Shown one piece after another: positions 52,457 to 63,200 of a stretch of 64,000 nucleotides of DNA. The DNA is from Strigamia acuminata (Eukaryota). The stretch's first letter is position 1, and every line of letters starts with the position of its first letter. Location of the stretch: contig OX442314.1 in assembly GCA_949358305.1 (NCBI GenBank), positions 28,520,001-28,584,000 on the forward strand. The letters are read 5' to 3'. The notes under the pieces are model-generated. The model made no database searches, was not told the origin of the DNA, and saw only the letters and a list, made by a program, of their open reading frames with translations. The position numbers and the translations under genes are program-made.

Positions 52457-53486
52457 TGTCACGTCGTAGTCGACTTTTTAACAATGGTTTCGGAAATTTG
52501 AGAATTTCCAGGGATTGTAATAACCAGAAAATTTAGGTTCGCAGGCGCTGCAACTCTTAAAACTTTGCCGGGGGTGGTAGCTAGGTTAAGACAGCGTCTA
52601 TTCGTGAAATCTGTATTTTTATGGGTGCAGGATTCAATTCGGGCGCCATACAAAATGGCGAACGTTGATACTTCGAATTTAAGACCAAAATATCGCTCTT
52701 CACTAGGGAAAATGTCGTCATATGCTAGGCGTACTTACGAAGAGTATATTTCTTCTCCTGGACACGCGCAAACGTTGGGTGAACGCGCAAACAGGTACCA
52801 AACCGCAGACAACGTCGTCGAACCGTCGATAATGAAATGAATACGCAATTGAGACGAGTATGAGTTCAAAATGTCTAGGCTGAGGAGGAAGTCACAGTCG
52901 TGGCATAAAATGTATTGACGAATTAAGACCGTCGAATACGCCGCTTTTCCAGTAATTTGTACGCAAATAAAGGTTGTGGTTAGATAGCCAACCATGAGAA
53001 TTCGGGCTGCATAATGACCGTATGCGTTGAGACGCAACATAAATCGCACTTGGAAATCTTCCTAGTTAAGACAGGAGATGTTGACTAGTCGAAGGCGAAA
53101 ATTATTCTCTCTGTCGAAAATGTCTTGACAGAACAAGTCACCTCTGATCACATGTCAAAGGCCAAGTCAATTCCCAATGGGGACCGAGCAGAAAACAGGC
53201 GATCAGGGGTGAAATATGCAAATTTAGAGCGCGATTATATCAACTTATTGCAGAATTCTCATGAATTGTCTGGATGGGGTGATTAAAACCAGGCCAAATT
53301 AAAGATAAACATCAAAAATAAGGAAAATAATATAAAATAAAATAATAAATTTGGATTTGGGAAAAACAAAATAATTAAAGGAAACTGGAACAATTTCTCA
53401 ATAATATTGGGAAAAATTTAAAGGAAAGGCGCAAAATGCGCTTAAAATTTTGAAAATTATTACTGTCTAAAGTCAGGACCGTGACA
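52457..53486 (-). repeat. 5' LTR of element 1 (1030 bp)
   Basis: Near-identical to 39873-40916. Confidence 0.97.
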
Positions 53487-53662
53487 AACTATTGAGGCAA
53501 CCAAGCTAATCCTCAATTAGGACACATTATTGGGTCATACTTGTAAGTAGAAGAGAGGAAACACAAAAGAAAGGAAATAATTTATTTTGGAAATACATTC
53601 CACATGATAGGATTACCGAAATATCGGCCGATAGCCGATACCGATATCGGTATCGGTCAAAG

Positions 53663-55018
53663 TCTAGGAGAAAGCACTCTTTTAGATTGAACAAGAAAGG
53701 ATCACAAAAGGATACTGTTGCAGTGTACGGGCTTCCCTTGTCAATTTCAAAATGGCCACCACACAAGTTAGATAAGGGACAAATAAACTTCCAATTTCTC
53801 TAATGATTGCAGATGAAGCATTCAAACCCAAAAGTAAGCATTTTTCTAATTTTACTACAATGCATACATACATTAACAAATGTAAATTGCATTATTGAAG
53901 AAGTAGACTGCATGAGGTTCCGCTGACTCGTAAGAATAGATTCTATCTTCGCTCCAGGTGGCCGCACATACAACTGAGGAGATAAAAATATCGATCAGAT
54001 TCTACTCTCAACAAACATCAGAAAATGTTGACAGAGAGGCTAATAAACAGTGCACGTGCACCTACCTGCCACAAACCATGAGAACATGTGATGTCTTTAT
54101 TTTTTATAAAGCTTAACAAAACTGCTGACGCGGATCCAGCAAACTTCATTGGCTCTAAAATGAATTAATAACTCACGTAATTTTAATATTTATTTAAATT
54201 CTTGTAATACTTAGTTCGAACTCGAAGCATGTTCCCGAATGCATGTTTACATCATGCCTACTGAAGGTATCGTTTTTTTTCCTCAACCCAGCTCCCTTAT
54301 GAAAGATTAAATAATTATACGTCAGAAATAAACGAGACAACAAGAAAAAACAACTACGTTCAGTACTGCATCCACGACGTATTCATCAAATCTCGGTTTC
54401 TGGTTTTTCCAAACCTTTTCGAGTGATGGTTTTTTATCACTCTTCATTAGATCAATAAAATGAACTTCGCACTGGTGTTTTTTAATCTGCTTTGCATATT
54501 TTTTCGTGTACGCTGCCGTTAAAAGGCCTTCAGTGCAGGCAATTACATTAGGCATGTAAATTGTGTCGTTTTCGTGAACTGTAACGACTGTTTTGGTCGG
54601 TTCGCTGTAGTAAAACTGGATTTTAGTTGCGACGACATACGATGCAATTACAGCACCTGCAAACAGAACGGTGTATTGCACATAACGAGTGGTTTTTGAT
54701 TTATATGCAATAATTTTTTTGTTTTTTCCCTCCAGCTTTCCGTGAATCTTCACTATTTTGCTCGCAATTTTTTTCGTCGACGGCCTTCTTTTAACGCTCT
54801 CAAATAGCCGCTTAGCAATCCATCGAATTACAGCCAATAAAGACAACAAGGACAAGCCCAATGCAAATCCCAAATTTCCACCTAAGTCCACCAAAAGTGC
54901 AATTTCGTCATAGAGATATTTTTCAGTTAGGACGACGTATGTCGCATCATTTTGCTTCATTTTGGTAATTACTATATTTTCATCCGTTAATTTCTCCACA
55001 ACGAGGTGGTAATGATAT
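53663..55018 (-). pseudogene. Partial duplicate of the tandem DEG/ENaC gene, disrupted by Gypsy element 2
   Basis: Colinear and highly similar to ~33403-34771, including introns. ORF 54322-54999 retains the TM2-linker-TM1 junction. The exon is cut after GATAT at 55018, and the 3' exons (32174-32900 equivalents) are not seen. Confidence 0.85.
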
Positions 55019-56038
55019 TGTCGCGCTCAACTCTAACCGTCGCTAACTCGTGGGTTGATTACTTAATTCGACTAACTCACTACCGCTTTGCTCAAGCGGT
55101 TTACCCAAAGAAATGATTACACAGATATAAAAGGTAAAATATAATATAGATTTATTCTGTGGGACAATGTACAGATATATCTTATATATATATATATATA
55201 AAAGGTAGGTAAAAGGTAAATCGGAATGGGTGAAGGGAAATGGAAAGGTAAAGGTATGATGAAAGCTGGCTGGAATCGGCGAGGTCGTCTGTTGTCTCGG
55301 TCGTGTCCAAGATGGCGTCCTCGTTGTGGCAACGTGGTGTCGTCTTGGGCCGGCGTGGCAATATGGCGTCCTCGGCTCGTCTCTGGCTGGTCCTTCGGGC
55401 TCACGCTGGTCGGGCGCGAGTGAATGCTTAGTTAAAAGGCTTACTTCGGGCTGTTGTCTAGGTTTTTGTGTGGTGTCCGGCGATCACACAGCGGCGGACT
55501 CTTCTGGCTCCCGGCGGTCACACAGCGGCGGGAACGCTCGTCGTGGTTTTACTGCAGTTTAGGCTTGTGCGACCGTTTGTCTGCACAACTCGCTAAACTG
55601 GAGTGGTTTTTACTATTTCTAGCTGGTGTGCTAAAATAGTGTGGTAATCTTATCTCGCAGGTTACTCTGCGGAGTTTGACACTGACCAAACGTACTCACG
55701 GTAAATTGTCCTTTGTCCTTGGTCAATCCCAGTATATTTACTTGGGCCTGATCTTGTAGGACGACGGGTTTTACGTGTGTTTCTCGTTTGATGGTTGTGT
55801 TGGTTCTGCCCGCTCAGTGCAAGGCACATTCCTTTGCACAAAGCGGGGTTGACAGGTGACCGGAATCACCCAATGGTGGGGTGGACGAGCCATCCCCACT
55901 CCCTCAGGGCAGACGCCTGTCCATTGACTAGATGTCAATGCACTGAGGGAAGGGAGACGCGCTTGCGGCTCCCCTTACACCCGAAACGAGGTCACGAGAG
56001 AAACTCTTCGTTGACCCCGGTCCAGTCGGGTCACAACA
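55019..56038 (-). repeat. Putative 3' LTR of element 2 (~1020 bp)
   Basis: Minus strand begins TGTTGTG directly after PPT GGAGGGGGAAG (56039-56049) and ends CGCGACA exactly where DEG/ENaC homology resumes. The partner LTR is not in the window. Confidence 0.8.
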
Positions 56039-56074
56039 CTTCCCCCTCCGAGCTCAGACCGTGGGGCTGAGCGA

Positions 56075-59000
56075 TCACTTCTTTCCTGGGGGACCCGACA
56101 CTGAGTCCGTCACCTGGGCGTAACTCACTCCAGGGACAGGCGGTTGAGTGCCGGGTGGCGCGGGTAGATCGCCTACTAACGCCGAGGACCGATCTCGGGG
56201 GTCCTCATGCTCCGTAATGAAGCATAATGCATGGCCGTCAACTGGCTCATGCGGGGCACGCGTCCTCTCGTGTAACCAAACGCTCGGGATGTAGGCGGAG
56301 AAGCCGGTGTTCGTATGCCGGATGGCATTGGCTTCCGCTGGCGTCACTGGCACACGGTGGGCTCTCAGCAACCTCTGGTGGAAGATGAGGTCTCTAGTCT
56401 TCCGGATCTGGTTGTGAAGCCAGATGAAGACTGATTTGCCTTTGTCCCGCTGCGCGAGGATAAACCTCCTGGTCGCCGTCGTCATCGAGAGATGGGGAAA
56501 CTCTTCGATGATTCGCCCGTAATAGTCTGGCGGAGGCGGTGCCGGCTTCGGCTTCTGGGTGGCCGCGGGAATAGCGGCTTGCGTCGTTGTCGCCGCTCGG
56601 GCCGGTGAGGTCCCGGGCGGTGTCGGCTTCGTTTGCTCGACGGACCTGACGGGTGGCGTTCGGCACAGCAAGCGCTTTGGTTTACCCGCCACTTCGAACA
56701 GGGCGGGTCCTTGCGGGGATATCTCCGCAGGCATCGGTGGCGGAATCGGAACTCCGCTCGTCGGCGAGATCACCATTTCTACATCCTCTGCCGATTCTTC
56801 CGTCTGGATGGTCAAGGCGCGCAGTTGTTGGGTAGGCGCCGCTGTCCAGGTGGCGGAGGTATAACGAAACGCCGTGCTTCGCAACTTGTACCCCTCAAAT
56901 TCGGGGTTTACCACATCCCTGGTTAGCTCGTACCGAGTCAACACAGGGTCGGGCAGAATGGAGCTCCACTCTGCGAGGAGTGCACGGGGAACCTGTACAC
57001 CCTCTCTGTCCACGACAGACCATGCGGCCATCGCCTGACGCCCTTCTCCGAAGAGTGCTGGGGTTAGCAGCTGCATCATGACCTTGGTCAATGATAGCTG
57101 TAGGCTGCGACGATTCACTGGATTCGATCGCTCCGAATCCGCAGTGAAGGCACACGAGAGCTTACTCATCATCGCCGTTGCCCATTCGATGAAATATCGC
57201 TGGGCCTGATCCACACCTCGCAAGGCGGGCGCGGAGACTCTTGGGTCTTCCATCACGAAGCGAAACGCTGAGAGCTCGGAGATAGTCGGATTGGCGGCTT
57301 CTCTCGCGAGTCGCGCTTCTTCGTCTCGCCTCTCGAAAAACAGGGCCGAGGAACCGGATCGGGGTTGGCTCGGCCTGTAAATGCCGGTCAAATTGGCTCG
57401 ACATTCCTGCGCAATGCTCTGTCCAACGGGGAGAGGGACTGAGCGGTCGGTGGGTAAATCCGGCGGATCGCTCGAATTCAACAACGACGGCGGCGGCAGG
57501 TTCGGAGGCGGCTGCGTCTTGGTCGGCAGCGTCGGCGTCGGCAGCGGTGGTGTTGGCTGCGTCGGCGGTGGTGGCGTCTCCGTCGTCTGCACTCCAGTCA
57601 TTGCGACTTGGAGCGCCGGGAGATGTTGTCCGGAGCCTGAAGGCTGCACGATGGCGGTTGGCATGCCATCGGGTCGTGGTCGCGAATTAATGTAGTCTGC
57701 GAGCCACCTTGCCACCTCGTGTGGGGTCACCTTCCCGTCGGTGACAACACCCATCTTCCTGGCGTGTTTCATCGCGGGATCGAAACGTGTCAGTTTCGTC
57801 CGCTTCATCTGAGTCAGAATCTCGCGAAGGTCCCGCGTATCTGCCGCTGGGACGTTTCGCTCACCTGACTGGCTACCACCTCGTCGACCCGCTCTCTTGG
57901 AGGCGTAGGCGGGTTCGGGGATGGGACGGCCCCGAGCTTCGCACCTCGCGAAGTATCGCTCTTTGCGATCTTTTTTCCGCTGCTCGCGATGAGTCAGCGG
58001 ACGTCTAGAAGTGCTGGGACGAGAGACTCGCTCTTCGTCACCAGACATCCAAACCTCCTTGCACTCCTTACCGTCTTTAATCTGACGGTTTATGAAAATT
58101 CGCGGTCGGGAATACTGCGAAGGGTCACGCACCGTACTAGTGGATGGCCCAGCTTCGTTGCCTTCAGTCGTGTTTTGAGCGACACGCTGCTTCTTGGTTG
58201 TCGCTGGGGAACGCGACTGGCTGTCCCCGGCGCCTTTGGAGCGCTTGCGCTTCCGCGGGTAGCTGCTCTTGGGCCCCAAAATCCCCAGGTAGTGGAGCTG
58301 CCACATCTCGGCTTGGGACGTCAAAATTCCCATCCGAGGTCTCCACTGGGGCGTACTCTCTCCCAATCGCAGCCTCTCAAACCACAGATGAATATCATCC
58401 GCGGTCATCCCCTCGTTTTGGAGGATGCGCTCGGCCACTGCCGTAGCGGTATCCACCAGCTGTTGTCTATAATGCTGGTAGATGGCCTCACGGGCCTCTT
58501 CTGTCTCGGCTGCTCGCCACGCATGCAGCACGTGTTCCTCCGCCGGGTTGCCAGTGTACTGACTTGACAATCCGGGGTGGAAAATCGGCGATTTCGGGTC
58601 ATCGTCACGAGCTAACTCTGTGGCGATGCCTTCGCGCATTCCCTCCGGGAACGTATCCAGGAGCGTGCAGTCTCGTACCCAACGTCGGGCGATGCATCGG
58701 GAATGTAGTATTCGCAGGCGCCAAGGGTCGGCGTCTTCGCCGAAACATCGTCGGTAAAAATCGGGCAGCGCGCCTCGAAATATCCCGCCACGAGTGATGC
58801 AAGCGGGGTCTAATGGTCCCCATGTTTTACGTAGTGCCATCTGGAAGGATGGAGAAATAAACAATTAATAAAAAGTTAATATTTAAATACGTAGATAAAT
58901 GGTTGGTTTCGAGGGACGTTGCCAGTACGTGCAGCCGTCCGTCGAGACCGATTCCTGTCTATCGGTGCAAACGTAGGACGAATTGTCCCTCGTCGGATAG

Positions 59001-59778
59001 AAAAAGAGAAGTCATCACGTGAAAAATCTGTCTCATGTCCAAAACGCACAGCGAGACGGAATCGAGCCTTTAATCTGGATTCTTATCATCAGATTTTACT
59101 TCAAATTAATTCTAACATTAATTAGAACATTACTAATAATTAAATTAATAATTATCAGTCATTCGTAAAAAGAATTCGTCGGGTGTAAATTATTACTAAA
59201 ATCGCACAATAAATGTGCTTGTCGAAATGTTATTAAATAAATAAACCTAATAAAGAATTATTCCGAAGTCGGACTTTGTCTAATTTTTAAAAAAGTTAAA
59301 GTCAAATTAAATTTATCCAACACACCGAAAAATTCATCGTACGAATGTTAAGTTGCATCAATTTGATGCGTCAAATTACTTGTGGAGAAAAAATATTCTT
59401 TTACAGAATATTCTCCCCTTGTCATAAAATTATCTATGGCTCGAGCCCATTGTCTCGCTCGTGACTCAAGTCATGAGGAATTTTCGAGACGCGAGGCGAC
59501 GTGAAGTCTGCGCTCGCACCTCGAAAACAAATTAACAAGGAAAAAAAAATACGATCGTGTGAGCGATCGCGGTTAATAATTAATTATACGCTATTTCGAG
59601 TGCAAAGCACTCATGTCAGGTATTAGTCAACAAAATTTCTTCTTCAGCAGCACGGAACTAGTTCTCATGTGCCGATGCCGACTTCTACCTGATCGGGCTG
59701 GACTTGGTTTACATCGCGGTCCCAGTTTTCCTCGTCCTCGTGCTCGATGGCCAGCACGTCGTTCTCTTCCTCGTCCAT
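56075..59778 (-). CDS. Extra ORF3 of element 2 (main exon 58840-56075, ~920 aa; probable upstream exon 59778-59689), unknown function
   Basis: Long intact ORF, Arg/Pro-rich, NLS-like PRKRKRSK, no TM segment. Acceptor TTTATTTCTCCATCCTTCCAG|ATG at 58841. Upstream CTCGCCATGG opens MDEEENDVLAIEHEDEENWDRDVNQVQPDQ, ending CAG|GTAGAA in phase 0. Confidence 0.7.
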
Positions 59779-60254
59779 GGCGAGGAGCGCGCACAAAAAT
59801 CTCAATCACGATTTAAAAAGGATGATAAAACTATCTCAAAAACTCGGTGAAAAACTCGGTAAAACGTTAAAAACGAGGATCACGCACGAATGCAGCGATC
59901 AGCTGTGAAAAGCGGAAGTCTGTGTGAACACGAGGTAATCGCGATGGATTCTGGGTAATATACTCCAGAACCCGGGTGTTTGAGACTAGTGCGCACCTAC
60001 CCGTGCGCATGTTACGCTACGGGTCTCCTTTGTTCTCACTCCCGTGCGCGATTGCTGCTACGGGGTCTTTTGCACGCGGTATCCGACCCGTGCCGATAAT
60101 TTTGCTACGGGTCCCGCGTTTCCACGCCATCTCGTGACGCGAATTCGACCGATATCCGCTTTGTTGGACTTAGCGAAATTTTCTGCGACGTGATGGCTTG
60201 CACTATCGGTCGATTACATTTATTTTTAGTGCCGCCATCGACTCGTAATTTATT

Positions 60255-63200
60255 TTACTTCTTTCCTACGACCTTTCCGCCTTTTATGAACGGATTATCT
60301 CTTTTTGGTCGCAGGTTACGGATCGAGGCAGGTACGATATTTTTTGTTGTTTTTTGTGTCTGTACCTCCTCATTATTGTTTTCTTTTTTATCCGTGTTTT
60401 TTGTGTTTGTTTCAGGAGTTTCTCCTGTTTCCCCCCCGACCAAAATTGGATCCGGAACGGATTCAACTATCTCGTTTACCGGAGGTGAAGGGGCGTCGAA
60501 ATACTCCTCGTTGTCACTTGGCGGTGCTTTTTCCGACTCGCCAGCGAACATATCGACGATTTGGCCGTCAGTTTTAGACTTGACTTGGCCTTTGGCCCAC
60601 ATTTCTTGCGGGAATTCCGGAATGTACGGAGTTAACTCTCGTACTTGTATCGACTTATGCTCGGTGTTGTCTTCGAGCTTGCGTAATTTATACGCGTTAC
60701 CGCCATGCTTGCCGATGATCACATACGGACCATCTCTCTTGTCGGCCAAGCTGGCGGTGATTCCTCTCGCTGCATTTGAGAGGATGTGTGTGTCCTTCCA
60801 CACTAAATCATTGTTCTCGAAATTCACAAATTTTCCACCGCTTTTATCTTGTAAAATGCGGTCGCGCATGTTAAAAATGTGCGCCATCATATGTTTGTAT
60901 GTGCTCGAAATTGTTTGCTCCAATTTATATACATACTCATGTGGTTTCTCTGGGTCCACCACATTTACCGACTCTGCCACTCGTGGGTCCCAAGGCACTC
61001 GTACCTCTCGGGCGAAGTTGAGGTAGGCCGGAGAAAAATCTCTCGTCCTCGAGACTGTTGTTCGTATGCTGAACGCGATCTCCCTCAAGTATTCATCCCA
61101 CCTATTGTGGATGTCAGTGAATATGCTTAGTGCATATTTAATGTCCCTGTTGAGTCGCTCAACGGGATTTGTTCTGGGATTGTAGGTCGAAGTATGTGAC
61201 GCCACAATCCCGAATTTCTCACAAAACTTACCCCAAATTTTCGAGATAAATTGGGGTCCGTTATCGGATATAATTTTACGTGGAAATCCGTAACGTAACG
61301 CCACGTCGTAGATACATTCAACGATTTTCTCTGCTGAAGGTCTAGCGACGGCGTACAACTCGGGCCAACGAGTTGCCACGTCCATTATAACGATAATGTA
61401 CGCATTTTTATTTCCCGTAACGGGTTTTGGGCCCATCACATCGACACTTAAACAATCAAAAGGCGCGTAAGGCCCTAAGAAAATAGTTTCGAATGGTGAT
61501 TTACTCCTCGGCTTGCACGCTTGACATCGCTGACATTGGTGGACAAAAAGAGCAATATCTTTTTTCATCCCTGTCCAGTGAAAAAGCTGTGTAGCACGAT
61601 AGAGTGTTCTGCTTACTCCCGCATGGCTCGCAAGCGGGTGCCCGTGTAACAACCACAGCACGCGACCGATTAAGGAAGCAGGTATTACTACCTTTACTGC
61701 GGTGTCCGATTCACTCAAGTCATCTTGGTGATTTGGGTGATGTTTCACTAAAAGGCCGTCATCCAATAGGTAATCTATGGATTCGTGTGCATAACGACGC
61801 TTCTGCCTTCTGGTTAGATTGGGCGGATATTTTCCTGTCAGTACGAATCTAGCTCTGTCCTGACATTTCTTGTCTAATTTTTGTTGCACAATTATTTCCT
61901 CCCTTGTCGGGGGACTGCTTTGCATCTGCTCGCCGACATGAGCGTGGAAGGCGCTTAGAAGCGGGTCATTTATTCTCCGCTCTAGCTTAAATTCCTTCCT
62001 TGCATTTGGGTAATTGTCAGCAGCTGGTTGGTATAACCGCGTCCAAAATCCACAGAATTTTACATCTGCCGGAGACGCGGTGGGAATTTCATTCATCTTC
62101 CTTAAATCCCAACGGTGACAACTCGTAGGGCAATAAATGATGCGGGAGTCATCCTCGCCATCATCGTCAGCGTCGATTGGATCTGACACTGGTGCCCGTG
62201 ACAGAGCGTCAGCCACGACGTTATATTTGCCGGGCTTGTATTGAATGGTCAAGTCGCATGCCATCAGTTCTAACTGCCATCTGGCTAGTCGACCGGCTGG
62301 CTCTTTTAATTTCATCAGCCATTGTAACGCTTGATGATCTGTGTGGACCACAAATTTGGTATATTCGAGATAATCTCTGAATTTCCTTATGGCCCACACA
62401 ACGGCCAAACACTCCAACTCGGTGGCATTGTAATTCTTTTCAGCGCCTTGGAGTTTGCGACTTATAAACATGCACGGCAGGTCTTGTTCGACTCCGTCGC
62501 GCACGTGTGTTTGGAGCAACGCCGCTCCTAACCCAACTCTGCTGGCGTCCGTGTGTAATATGAACGGCCGGTTTAAGTCGGGTAGAGGCATTACGCCGAC
62601 TTCCGTCAGCATCCTCTTTATTGCATTAAATGCGATGTTGCACTCATTTGACCATACAAATTCGTTTTCATTCTTCAGGAGGTCGGTAACTGGGGCTGCC
62701 ACTTCAGCTAGACCCGGTAGCAACCTGCCGAAGAAGTTTATCATTCCCATAAACCGTTGGACACCTTTAACGTCCTCGGGTGGTGGGAAACGATTAATCG
62801 CATCGATTTTTTCGGGGCCAATAGCTAAACCATTGACTCCAATGCGATAACCCAGGAAGGCAAGCTCCTTTCGACAGAACTTGCTTTTGCCCGGATGCAC
62901 GTGTAACCCAGCTTTTGCCAGCCGGGTGAGCACTTGGTCGATGTGCTCAATGTGCTCTTCGAATGTTTTAGAGGCAATAACTATGTCATCTAGGTATGCC
63001 CACACAAACTGATGCAGGATATCACCCAATACGCTTTCGATTAGTCTCTGAAAGGTACTGGGAGCATTCACTAAACCAAATGGCATGACGTTGAACATCA
63101 ACCGTCCAATTGGCGAGTAAAATGCTGTTTTTAACTTATCCTCTGGCCTCATCTCAACTTGCCAGTATCCCTTCGACAGATCCATCGTCGTAACCCAAGA

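Larger units (their letters stand above)
39873..53486 (-). mobile_element. Full-length Ty3/Gypsy LTR retrotransposon, element 1 (gag, pol, extra ORF3)
   Basis: Two TG...CA LTRs, 4-bp TSD AACT (39869-39872 and 53487-53490), PBS, PPT, and domain order PR-RT-RH-IN. Confidence 0.97.

Noticed and set aside
56075..58864. ORF3 as envelope protein
   Set aside because: No N-terminal signal peptide or C-terminal hydrophobic TM segment seen in either ORF3.
43025..61026. Plus-strand ORFs such as 43025-43708, 57989-58567 and 60190-61026
   Set aside because: Antisense shadows of retrotransposon ORFs with no independent coding signal.
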